Positions 20,841 to 29,523 of a stretch of DNA of 64,000 bases are shown here, piece by piece. The number at the start of each line of letters is the position of its first letter. Positions within the stretch are counted from its first letter, which is position 1. The notes beneath the pieces were generated by a model, which saw only the letters and a program-made list of their open reading frames with translations, did not search any database and was not told where the DNA came from. The position numbers were made by a program, and so were the translations under genes. The stretch is from the NCBI GenBank assembly GCA_964596525.1, contig CAZQUL010000001.1:1079723-1143722 (forward strand), given 5' to 3'. The stretch is from an uncultured Gammaproteobacteria bacterium (GTDB taxonomy: Bacteria > Patescibacteriota > Patescibacteriia > Magasanikbacterales > GWA2-37-8).

Positions 20841-21365
20841 ATGAAGAGCACTCGTCGCATTGCAAGCCTTCTCGTGGGCATCGCCCTGCTTCTGCCGCTT
20901 CTCGGCCTGGCCGCTTTCCTGGTGCAGCAGTACGTGAGCTTCGACATCTACTGCACCGGTCGCCTCAAGCGCGCCGCCGACGCCAACACCGTCGAGCTCG
21001 CCAAAGAGGAGCTCACGGCGGCAACCAGCTACCTCGAGAGCCGCAAGATGACCACGGGCTACACCTCGGTCATCTACCAGACGCCGGACGAGGATGTCGG
21101 GTTCTGGTACAAGAACCTCAAGGCGTCGCTCGAGGAGCTCCAGAAGGTGGCGCCGAATGCCACGCCGCTCGAGAAGAGCAACCTGCTCATCAAGCTCCGG
21201 GAGACGATCCTGGACCACCACGGCAGCGAGAGCGTGACCGAACCCGAAGGGATCAGCCGCTTCCCCTTCAACAGCGTGATCATCGGTCTCCTGATCAGCT
21301 TCTTCGCCCTCTTCGCGATCGGCATCGTGATGATCTGCAGCTGGTGGGAGAACAGCAACGACTGA
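20841..21365 (+). CDS. Hypothetical 2-TM protein with a helical loop
   Basis: AAGGAGG SD, strong GC3 bias, N- and C-terminal TM segments, hairpin at about 21398-21429. Confidence 0.75.
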   Translation: MKSTRRIASLLVGIALLLPLLGLAAFLVQQYVSFDIYCTGRLKRAADANTVELAKEELTAATSYLESRKMTTGYTSVIYQTPDEDVGFWYKNLKASLEELQKVAPNATPLEKSNLLIKLRETILDHHGSESVTEPEGISRFPFNSVIIGLLISFFALFAIGIVMICSWWENSND

Positions 21366-21539
21366 CAACGCATTGATCCGCGGAACACTCCGCCCGTAAC
21401 CCGCTATGAGTACGCCTCGGCGGGTTTTATAATTCTTGCTTTAGAGAGTACTCGATCCGAACATCTTAAAGACCAACATATTTTTTGCACTTCACAAAAG
21501 AGATTGTTACTATTTTAGTAAGATCATCAACTGAATTAT

Positions 21540-22670
21540 ATGATCGAGCTCATCACCATTTACCCAGTACGCACCTTCGTGGCGTATAAACAAAATCCGG
21601 ATTTTCTGCGCTACTTGGCACGCCGCGACGGGTTTATTTCCACTGAAAGCGAAGCGCATTATTATATTGTTCATACCGATAAAAACCTCCGCCATAAACC
21701 GCCCGAGACAATTGATTTTGGCTTGGTACGGCACTTTATTTATGTACCACGTTTATTATTCGCATGCGCTTCTTTTGCGGGCTGGCTTTCTGCTTTCAAA
21801 AAAAGCCGCACCAACAGAACGCGCGAACGCATTCTTGTTATCAATAACACGTTCCATCAGATCATCATTCATCTTCTAGCACGCCTATCCGGCTGGCGGT
21901 CGCTTAAAATCATGGGAACGTTTTTCTATCATGCGCGCAGGGGCTGGAAAAAACACATTGTTGACGCGCTCGAATGGATGCACTGCTTTTTTGCCTCGCG
22001 CATCATCGTGCTTAGCCCAAGCGGCTGGGAATTTGTACCCAAACGATTCCACGTTAAAACGATCTATACAATCCCTAACTTTTTATACGATGCACCGCCA
22101 CGCACAGGCGAAAGCGCTAAAGCCCCCATCCCCTTTTCGGCCGTTTGTCTTAGCCGCTTGGAACCGGAAAAAGGCTTAAAAGGCCTTATAGAGGCTTGGC
22201 AACAGACCGACCCTTCGTGGTATCTCACGATATATGGTGATGGTAGTCAAAAAAATGAACTCGAAGAGCGCATCCGCGCGCTCGGTTTGTCCGGGCGGGT
22301 TGCGATTGGCGAACCCCTTTCTCACGCGCATGTCTTTGGAACGTTAGTTCGTTACAGCGTTTTCATTCTTACATCGCCCTGTGAAGGGCTTGGCATTGCG
22401 TATCTGGAAGCTTTATACATGAACGTACCGTGCATCGGGTTGCGCGTGCCGGGCGTCAAAGATACGCTCGGTGATGGGCGCGGCATACTGCTTGAACCAA
22501 CGGACTGGCGGCGCGATCTGAATAAAAATCTTGGCGATGCAGCCATGCTGAGAACGAATCCTGAATGGCAAAAAGCTGTCGACATGTACTTCACCAACGC
22601 AGTTATTCCGCACATCACTACTGACGCGGCACGCTGGTTTGATGCTCAAAACAAAACACCGCAAGCATAA
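21540..22670 (+). CDS. GT-B glycosyltransferase (GT4-like)
   Basis: SRLEPEKG, YGDG, EGLGIAYLEA motifs. Confidence 0.85.
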   Translation: MIELITIYPVRTFVAYKQNPDFLRYLARRDGFISTESEAHYYIVHTDKNLRHKPPETIDFGLVRHFIYVPRLLFACASFAGWLSAFKKSRTNRTRERILVINNTFHQIIIHLLARLSGWRSLKIMGTFFYHARRGWKKHIVDALEWMHCFFASRIIVLSPSGWEFVPKRFHVKTIYTIPNFLYDAPPRTGESAKAPIPFSAVCLSRLEPEKGLKGLIEAWQQTDPSWYLTIYGDGSQKNELEERIRALGLSGRVAIGEPLSHAHVFGTLVRYSVFILTSPCEGLGIAYLEALYMNVPCIGLRVPGVKDTLGDGRGILLEPTDWRRDLNKNLGDAAMLRTNPEWQKAVDMYFTNAVIPHITTDAARWFDAQNKTPQA

Positions 22671-22683
22671 GACTTGAGGTGCA

Positions 22684-23502
22684 TCAACGATACGTACTGG
22701 CCGCACGAACGTCGTTGCGGCAATTTTCATCAAAAGCAACATCGGCCGCCTCACCGTTTTTCAGGCGATCTGTTATCCACTTCAGATACGAGCTGTTCCA
22801 GGTGCTGGCTGCGGAATTACCATTAATTCCGTAGAGGATGCAGTTCGGATTATTACAATGCCGATCCGGACCCGTTTCGGTGAGGTGCGGCGTGACCATA
22901 GGAACCGAGATGTTCACTAATCCGGCATAATGACCGAATTCATGGACCATGGTAACGGCTAACGTTTGAGCGATAAAACCACTAGACGGCGAATTACGGA
23001 TAATCGCCGGCATGAAGATAGCCACCACTGTCCCACGCGCGCGAGTAGGCGTGGAGCCGAGCGAACAGGTTTTCTCGTGGGTACAGCGCGCTTCCGCTTC
23101 ATCGCCGTCCACGATAACGAAACGGGCGTCGTCTTCCTCACCCGGCAACCACTCGGCTAGATCAAAAATCTGATCGACCGTGTAGTGTTTGTGGCCTGCA
23201 AGAAATGTTGACAGCTGAGTCATCTCCGGTAGCGAATGCGGCGCCTGGCATTCTTTTTCCGGAAAAAGCGCCCTCACGCTATTGCACACGAAATCCAGCA
23301 CATTGACCCTAAGCTGCTCGGGCGATCCTTTTCCCCATTCAATCTGGAGCGGCGGTTCGGCTCCCGGAACATAACCTATGCGCAGGGTGATCGGCTTTTT
23401 GGCATGCAGAGCCTGCTGAAGAAAGGGGTTGCGCGCCTCGGACTGACAGCCTGAAACCGCGATAAGGGAGGTAAAAAAGAAACGGCAAAGGGTGGTTTTC
23501 AT
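22684..23502 (-). CDS. Zn-metalloprotease-like lipoprotein
   Basis: Lipobox-like VSGC; HEFGH..GL and HCNNPNCILY; AGGAGG SD; promoter TTGACA-17-CATAAT at 23523-23551. Confidence 0.75.
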   Translation of the reverse strand: MKTTLCRFFFTSLIAVSGCQSEARNPFLQQALHAKKPITLRIGYVPGAEPPLQIEWGKGSPEQLRVNVLDFVCNSVRALFPEKECQAPHSLPEMTQLSTFLAGHKHYTVDQIFDLAEWLPGEEDDARFVIVDGDEAEARCTHEKTCSLGSTPTRARGTVVAIFMPAIIRNSPSSGFIAQTLAVTMVHEFGHYAGLVNISVPMVTPHLTETGPDRHCNNPNCILYGINGNSAASTWNSSYLKWITDRLKNGEAADVAFDENCRNDVRAASTYR

Positions 23503-23616
23503 GCAGACCTCCTGGTGCGAAGATTATGTGGTATGCCGAAAAAATTGTCAAAACAACAGCAAAGGTGAGAGGACGATTTTTTCTAATCTTACATGAAGCA
23601 AGCAAGAAGTAGCGCG

Positions 23617-24747
23617 CTATCTAATCGCTTTCGCCACCGCCGCTGCTATCCCCTTTTCAAACGCCCCTGGAACAATCTTGTTCGCCATCGGACGCTTCAC
23701 GAGCGCAGCGAGATTCTTGGCCGCCTTGAGCTTCATTTCGTCGGTGATGCGTGTCACGCAATGATCAAGCGCGCCGCGGAAAACGCCCGGGAACACAAGC
23801 GAATTGTTGATTTGGTTAGGGTAGTCGCTCCGCCCCGTGCCCACCACTTTCGCACCGCCTTTGAGCGCTTCTTCGGGGAAAATTTCGGGGATAGGATTGG
23901 CCATCGCGAAGACGATCGCGTCGCTAGCCATGAGCGCCACATCTTTGGCAGTCATGAGGCCAGGCCCCGAGACGCCAACGAAGACGTCGGCGCCGCTGAG
24001 CGCTTCGGCAAGACCGCCGGTGACAGAGCGCGGATTGGTGAGGCGGGCAAGCTCCTGCTTGTGCGGCTCGGTACGCGTGTGGTCGATAATGCCTTTGCTA
24101 TCGAGCACGATGATATCCCCTGCCCCGGCTTTGACGATGAGCTTGGCAATCGCAGTACCGGCCGCACCAGCGCCCGAGATGACGATTTTGAGACTCGCGA
24201 ATTTTTTCTTGACCACTTTGGCCGCGTTCATGAGCGCAGCCAAAACCGCGATCGCCGTGCCGTGCTGATCGTCGTGCATAACCGGGATATCGAGCAGTTC
24301 CTTGAGCCGTTCTTCGATCGCGAAACATTCCGGGGCTTTGAAATCTTCCAGATTGATGCCGCCGAAGGCCGGGGCGATGCGCACGATGGTTTCCACTACT
24401 TCATCGACGCTTTTGGTATTCAGGACGAGCGGCACAGCATCCACATCGGCGAAGGTTTTGAAGAGCACGGCTTTGCCCTCCATCACCGGCAGCGCGCCGT
24501 AGGGCCCGATGTTGCCGAGCCCGAGCACGGCGGTACCGTCCGAAATGACCGCGACGGTGCGGCCTTTCATGGTGTAACTGCGGGCGAGCTCCGGCTTGTT
24601 CGCGAGCAGGGTCGAAACCGCAGCGACGCCGGGCGTATAGATAAGCGAAAGCGCTGCCCGGTCTTTCACGGGCATGGCGGGCGTTATGCGGATCTTGCCG
24701 CCGAGTTTTTTGTGGAGGGCAAGGGATTTTTGGGAGGGGGTTTTCAT
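23617..24747 (-). CDS. NAD(P)-dependent malic enzyme (short type)
   Basis: YTPGVA, DGTAVLGLGNIG, MEGK, NLED, HDDQHGTA, GAGAAG, ANPIPEI, GRSDYPNQINN. Confidence 0.95.
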   Translation of the reverse strand: MKTPSQKSLALHKKLGGKIRITPAMPVKDRAALSLIYTPGVAAVSTLLANKPELARSYTMKGRTVAVISDGTAVLGLGNIGPYGALPVMEGKAVLFKTFADVDAVPLVLNTKSVDEVVETIVRIAPAFGGINLEDFKAPECFAIEERLKELLDIPVMHDDQHGTAIAVLAALMNAAKVVKKKFASLKIVISGAGAAGTAIAKLIVKAGAGDIIVLDSKGIIDHTRTEPHKQELARLTNPRSVTGGLAEALSGADVFVGVSGPGLMTAKDVALMASDAIVFAMANPIPEIFPEEALKGGAKVVGTGRSDYPNQINNSLVFPGVFRGALDHCVTRITDEMKLKAAKNLAALVKRPMANKIVPGAFEKGIAAAVAKAIR

Positions 24748-24771
24748 AGCAAAGTTCCGTTATTAAACGGT

Positions 24772-25524
24772 TTAAATTTCCAACTCAAACGAAATATTTT
24801 TTTCAACCCATAAGAGCCCCTTCTTCGTAAGACGCGCAACATCATTTCGGAAATCAAGCCGCCCATCTTTATTTACTCCTTGCAACTGTTTGCGCAGAAC
24901 GCCTTTATTTGGGTATTCCATCCAATCAGTGAGGTCTCTTAAAGAAACCTCATTTGGAAATTTCTGATAACAAAAAACCATTGCTTTTTCTTTGGAGCCG
25001 AGTCGTGTATCAAGACACTTGAGACGACCCCCAATCTCTTCAATAATCGGAACCTTACGTTCAATTATTTTTTTGATCTCGGCCTGGGCAGCTGCTGGGC
25101 TCATTTTTGTTTCAAGTCGAATCAATTCTGCGACTATCCAATTTGCGGTATTCAGGACGAATGTCGAATCCATTTCATTTACATCGACAATACCCGGGTG
25201 AGCGACATTCCGTTTATTACGGAAATCAAGTATGAAGCCCGCAAGCGGTAGAATTTGAAGACGTAGGGCGTCCGGTAAGGTCGTATTTTTCTCAGCTGAT
25301 CGCGCTATGGTTAAGCGATCAATTTGTTTGTTTAGTGGTGTCGAGGAACCAGTATCCTTTAATTCAATAATACGCAACACAATTTCAGCGAAGCGACCAC
25401 CATCGAGTTGACTCGGCTCCCAACAACCCAAAAAATACTGCCTGTGTATTTTTTGGAATTCATTTAGGAGAAAATTTACGAGATCATTCGGCAAGCTACT
25501 TAGATGCTGGGCTAGCGGATTCAT
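24772..25524 (-). CDS. HEPN-domain protein with C-terminal winged helix (putative RNase toxin/defence effector)
   Basis: Helical N-domain with GRFAE and RNKRNVAH (RxxxxH); C-terminal ARLTKKGLLWV wing motif; the ATG at 25524 overlaps the upstream gene by 29 bp. Confidence 0.7.
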   Translation of the reverse strand: MNPLAQHLSSLPNDLVNFLLNEFQKIHRQYFLGCWEPSQLDGGRFAEIVLRIIELKDTGSSTPLNKQIDRLTIARSAEKNTTLPDALRLQILPLAGFILDFRNKRNVAHPGIVDVNEMDSTFVLNTANWIVAELIRLETKMSPAAAQAEIKKIIERKVPIIEEIGGRLKCLDTRLGSKEKAMVFCYQKFPNEVSLRDLTDWMEYPNKGVLRKQLQGVNKDGRLDFRNDVARLTKKGLLWVEKNISFELEI

Positions 25525-25903
25525 AGTTGAGGAGTTTTTCAAAAAATGCTTCACCCGTTTGGGTCAAATCACATTCCCCGTTTGATTGAACGCGGACGTA
25601 CATACCCGACGCATTGTCGAGGAGATTGGTTTTGTAGGCGCCATCAAACTTAGCATTCATCCAGGCTTTTGCTAAATCTTTCTTATTGATAAGAGATCCC
25701 AGCATTTTTTCGTGGTAACCAACAATAGCCGCAATCTTCTCAGGACCATTAGAAAATTCCCTGCCTTTTATAACCTCTCTCAGCGTTTTTGGCTTATCGC
25801 TTGCTGGCACAGCAGCACCTTGCTTGATACTTTCCAAGCGCAACAATCGACTTTCGTGATCTTTTAACTGATCGATAATTTTTTTGATCTCATCTTCAGA
25901 CAT
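25496..25903 (-). CDS. Coiled-coil plus winged-helix hypothetical protein
   Basis: N-terminal heptads LKDHESRLLRLE; C-terminal CDLTQTGEAFF. Confidence 0.65.
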   Translation of the reverse strand: MSEDEIKKIIDQLKDHESRLLRLESIKQGAAVPASDKPKTLREVIKGREFSNGPEKIAAIVGYHEKMLGSLINKKDLAKAWMNAKFDGAYKTNLLDNASGMYVRVQSNGECDLTQTGEAFFEKLLNYESASPASK

Positions 25904-25911
25904 AGAAAAAA

Positions 25912-26325
25912 TTATTTAGTAAGGTCTTCTTCAACATACTTCTCACCAGTTGAAGTCAACACCCAGGCCTTTTTAGTATCTTTTTTCTCAGGCGCCTCCA
26001 TTATTAGACCTCGTGCGATGTTTTTGTTAACAGCATCGTTCACATTCTTAGGGCGCGGCTCTTTCGCCGCCTGGAATACAGCCACTAAATCATCAACGTT
26101 AAACGATGTCATCCCCCCTACTCGCTCGAGGTAGTAGCAAAGCGCAAGAGTTTTTTGCGTCTCGGAATTAAGTTTTTTGGTCAAGAGAAACTCCCGGGCG
26201 GAAAATTTTTTTTGAACCATTGAGCTAACAGCCGGACTACTTGATGGATTTTGCAAAAAAACCACTCCTTCAAGTTTTGCAACGCGATTCTCTAATTCAG
26301 CAAAACGTTCTTCAGAGATAGTCAT
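25912..26325 (-). CDS. Coiled-coil plus winged-helix hypothetical protein
   Basis: N-terminal FAELENRVAKLE; C-terminal RGLI...WVLTSTGEKYV. Confidence 0.7.
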   Translation of the reverse strand: MTISEERFAELENRVAKLEGVVFLQNPSSSPAVSSMVQKKFSAREFLLTKKLNSETQKTLALCYYLERVGGMTSFNVDDLVAVFQAAKEPRPKNVNDAVNKNIARGLIMEAPEKKDTKKAWVLTSTGEKYVEEDLTK

Positions 26326-26330
26326 AAAAA

Positions 26331-26735
26331 TTATTTTAGGTTAATTTTAAACTGCGAAATCAGCTCCGGAATCCGATAGGGAGGGACAAGGTACCGACCA
26401 TCTTTGTCCTGGTTAATTTTATGTTGGCTCCCCAGTATTCTAAGGCTTGATTTCACTGAACCTGCGGCCATTACTCCCATAGCGATGAGCTCGCTCGGTA
26501 GGAGACCATCTGGTTTATTAAGGTAGAGGGCGCGCGCTTTTGCAGCACACAAAATAATCTCAATTTTTTGATTATTGCCATCAATACTTGCAAACGACGA
26601 CAGAAAACCAAACTCCCCAGAAGACTCGTCAATAGAGATGAACGGCCTGACAAGATCAGCGAGTTGCTGACGATCTACAGCCCTTGCATCCTTCACAAAC
26701 AGTGAAGATAATGGATCTTTTTGGATATCTTGCAT
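26331..26735 (-). CDS. Hypothetical protein with probable C-terminal winged helix
   Basis: GLLPSEL...GSVKSSLRIL...KINQDKDGRYLV is HTH plus wing-like; first gene of the operon. Confidence 0.6.
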   Translation of the reverse strand: MQDIQKDPLSSLFVKDARAVDRQQLADLVRPFISIDESSGEFGFLSSFASIDGNNQKIEIILCAAKARALYLNKPDGLLPSELIAMGVMAAGSVKSSLRILGSQHKINQDKDGRYLVPPYRIPELISQFKINLK

Positions 26736-26771
26736 ATTTTGCTAATTTAATATTAAACTGACTATCTCTAG

Positions 26772-26799
26772 AGGATAGCATATAGATTTTTTCTGTCAA
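26772..26799 (-). promoter_or_regulatory. sigma70 promoter of the wHTH/HEPN operon
   Basis: TTGACA-16bp-TATCCT with extended -10 TG; the -35 box lies inside direct repeat copy 1. Confidence 0.55.
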
Positions 26800-26883
26800 C
26801 ACCAATTTGTGCGCATGGCAGTTGTTGCACGGAAGCCATCTTACTGCTCTCGAACGAACTGAAAATGAGCGTCGGACTCATAG
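26789..26883. repeat. 95-bp perfect direct repeat, copy 1
   Basis: TTTTCTGTCAACACCAATTTG...GCGTCGGACTCATAG identical to 27208-27302. Confidence 0.95.
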
Positions 26884-27207
26884 AAGGGACGAAAATCCCT
26901 ATTTTCACTTATATTTTAGCCAAATAATACTAGTAATTTATATTTAAATAAGATTCTAAGATACATCTATCCCTATTTAATAGCTTAAAATATCTTAATT
27001 TAAAATTGATTTATTAGTGGAAAATAATAAAAATTACTTAAATTAAGATTAATAATAAGTAATATTTTCTTATATTAAAAAGGTTTATATGACTAATTAT
27101 CATTTTATATTTATATTATTTAGCTAATTTATAGATATATAATGTTATTTAATATATAATTGATAATATTATTATGAACCATAAATAGATAAAAATGAAT
27201 ATTATTC
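26884..27207. other. Extremely AT-rich non-coding tract between the direct repeats
   Basis: Hand count 41 G+C in 300 nt for 26901-27200 (about 14% GC); no ORF in the track. Confidence 0.9.
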
Positions 27208-27302
27208 TTTTCTGTCAACACCAATTTGTGCGCATGGCAGTTGTTGCACGGAAGCCATCTTACTGCTCTCGAACGAACTGAAAATGAGCGTCGGACTCAT
27301 AG
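27208..27302. repeat. 95-bp perfect direct repeat, copy 2
   Basis: Identical to 26789-26883, offset 419 bp. Confidence 0.95.
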
Positions 27303-27311
27303 TCTAAATTA

Positions 27312-27337
27312 AAAACCTAGATAAAAATCTAGGTTTT
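27312..27337 (-). terminator. Hairpin, probable terminator of the VOC gene
   Basis: AAAACCTAGAT-aaaa-ATCTAGGTTTT. Confidence 0.6.
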
Positions 27338-27417
27338 AATAAGTATTACGCCCCTTTTTTCTTTGACGATCAATTTTACCTCCTACCCCCACCACCCGGT
27401 AAATGAAACCTCACCCT

Positions 27418-27831
27418 TTACTTCCCCACCGGCGGCTCCCACAACTCCACTTTATTCCCCTCCGGATCCATCACCCACCCAAACTTCCCGTATTCCGACT
27501 CATCGACCTTGTCGAGCACATTGCACCCCTCAGCCCGGAGTGCAGCAAGCAGAGCGTGCAAATCCGCGACGCGGTAATTCACCATGAACGGCGCCGTGCT
27601 TGGCTCAAAATAGTTCGTGTCGGCGTCGTTGATATTCCAGGCCGTCGTGCCCGCCGTCGGCTTGCCCTCGGCATCGACCCAATCAAACGCCGCGCCGCCC
27701 CAGCTCTGCACGTCGATACCGAGATGCTCTTTGTACCAGGCGCGGAGCTTTGCCGGGTCTTTGGCTTTAAAAAAGATGCCGCCGATGCCGGTGACACGTT
27801 TTAAAGGGGCTTTTTCGGATGAGGAATCCAT
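27418..27831 (-). CDS. VOC/glyoxalase family protein
   Basis: RVTGIGGIFFK...YGKFGWVMDPEGNKVELWEP. Confidence 0.9.
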   Translation of the reverse strand: MDSSSEKAPLKRVTGIGGIFFKAKDPAKLRAWYKEHLGIDVQSWGGAAFDWVDAEGKPTAGTTAWNINDADTNYFEPSTAPFMVNYRVADLHALLAALRAEGCNVLDKVDESEYGKFGWVMDPEGNKVELWEPPVGK

Positions 27832-27950
27832 AGAATCTTGAACACAGTAATTAAAATCTCCGTAAACACTGCCACGAGCATACGATAATTACCACTTGAT
27901 TTCAAGAAAAATCAAGCTTTGCCTCGTATAAATATTATTGATAAGCAATA

Positions 27951-29123
27951 TTACTTAAAATCCGCCGTAACGGCAATACCAAAAAGATCATGAAGTTTTT
28001 TCGGATTATGCGTCAATCGATACCCATCTATATTGGCGCGATTCATGACGAGATGGTTACCAAAAAACTTCATATACCCATCCATGCCGACGCCGTAGAG
28101 TACGCTGAACCCAGCGTCAAGAAGCAGCTTTCGGCGCGGATCATCCTCGGAGAAAACTTGCCCGAACGGACCGATGAAAATATTCGTGCGACCTACGAGA
28201 GGCTCAACCTCTTTGGCCCAGCGATCAATATCATTCGCCAAAAAATCGGCAGTGATTGTTCCCCGTAAAAATACTTGGTTGTGACTGTAGCTATGACTGG
28301 CAAACGTCCACCCGGATTTTTCGAGTGCTGCCACGACCGGCGCGACGTCTTTCCGTTCGCTGTCTCCTCGCTCCCCTTTTAGGTTGGTGCGATATCCCAA
28401 GATGCCTTCAAACCCCGTAAGGGCGATGATGCCCTTGGCGCCGTTGAACGAAAAATCCGGATGGTCTTTCACGAACGAATCCACGATCGGCATGACGTCG
28501 CCATCGTCCGTAACCACGGTTTTTCCTTCGGGCGTGATTACTTCGGTTTTTACTATATCGTCTTCTACGACTAATCTACGGGCAAAACCGCCGTTTTTCA
28601 TGTACGAATAATAGCTCACGTCGTCAATCGACAGGATGAGCGGCCGCTTGCCTTTGGGCAGGCGTAAAACATTCCGCTGCATCTTCCCTTTTTCATCGAA
28701 CGAAAACAGAAGGTTCGTATCGATAAGAACAAACCCATGCGCATAAAGCTGCTCGAGTATCTGCTTAAATTGCAGAACCGTCACCATGTTATCTTTATAA
28801 CCCGCAATGTTTTTCGCGTCCGCTAATGCTTTTTCAGGGTAGATGATCAGGCTATGAAAGAAAATATGGCGGACGGGGCCGGTGTAGTCTTCTAGATCCT
28901 CGACATGCACATCGGGTGCAGAGGTAGGCGTTGTTGTGGCAACAACTTCTTTCGGCGGATCTGCCACAACTGGATGTTCAACCGCTATTGTGGTGTCGGT
29001 TTTCTCGTACACGATACTCGATGGTCGATTGTTAACTGAAGAAAAATAGCCCAAAGCAATCAGCACGGCAGCACCCGACATGACAAACGCAAAGGCAGGT
29101 ACAGCTATGCGTTGAATGTTCAT
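27951..29123 (-). CDS. Membrane-anchored polysaccharide deacetylase-like protein
   Basis: N-terminal TM; HIFFHSL, LSIDD, FASHSYSH, PFG are NodB-like motifs. Confidence 0.8.
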   Translation of the reverse strand: MNIQRIAVPAFAFVMSGAAVLIALGYFSSVNNRPSSIVYEKTDTTIAVEHPVVADPPKEVVATTTPTSAPDVHVEDLEDYTGPVRHIFFHSLIIYPEKALADAKNIAGYKDNMVTVLQFKQILEQLYAHGFVLIDTNLLFSFDEKGKMQRNVLRLPKGKRPLILSIDDVSYYSYMKNGGFARRLVVEDDIVKTEVITPEGKTVVTDDGDVMPIVDSFVKDHPDFSFNGAKGIIALTGFEGILGYRTNLKGERGDSERKDVAPVVAALEKSGWTFASHSYSHNQVFLRGTITADFLANDIDRWAKEVEPLVGRTNIFIGPFGQVFSEDDPRRKLLLDAGFSVLYGVGMDGYMKFFGNHLVMNRANIDGYRLTHNPKKLHDLFGIAVTADFK

Positions 29124-29125
29124 AC

Positions 29126-29515
29126 TTATTTCAATCTTTCTAATACGCCTTTTCGCTTGACGATATTTTTATAATCCCACTGAATCTTCTCTGCCTTTCT
29201 AAGCCAGCGTTTCAGATCTGGCACATTGATATCGTGTACATCGTTATAAAATACCGAAGCATCCATGAATTTTTCTCCTCGCACATCTAATTTTTCTTCA
29301 TCAAAACCCTTCCCACTCCAAAACATCAACCGAATGCCGCGCTTCTCTTTGCTGTAGCCGACGATGGGGTTGCCGTCCAAAAACCACACCGGATGCTTGT
29401 GCCACACCTTACTCTCCGCGCCTTTCAGGCTCTCATTGATAAGTTCCATCAGCTGCTCGCAGATAGCGCGCTCCGATTTGGTTAACGAAGCATTATAAGC
29501 CTGTAATTCTTTCAT
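29126..29515 (-). CDS. DUF1801 (YdhG-like) protein
   Basis: KVWHKHPVWFLDGNPIVGY...LMFWSG...QWDYKNIVKRKG. Confidence 0.8.
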   Translation of the reverse strand: MKELQAYNASLTKSERAICEQLMELINESLKGAESKVWHKHPVWFLDGNPIVGYSKEKRGIRLMFWSGKGFDEEKLDVRGEKFMDASVFYNDVHDINVPDLKRWLRKAEKIQWDYKNIVKRKGVLERLK

Positions 29516-29523
29516 AAAAAAAC

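Noticed and set aside
23593-24813. 406-aa plus-strand ORF
   Set aside because: Antisense shadow of the malic enzyme gene; no motifs.
26884-27207. oriC unwinding element or hidden CDS in the AT tract
   Set aside because: No TTATCCACA-type DnaA box cluster seen, no dnaA nearby, and the tract is dense in TAA stops.
26789-27302. CRISPR array or IS/LTR-type element interpretation of the direct repeats
   Set aside because: Only two copies, 95 bp long with a 324-bp spacer; no cas or transposase gene and no terminal inverted repeats.
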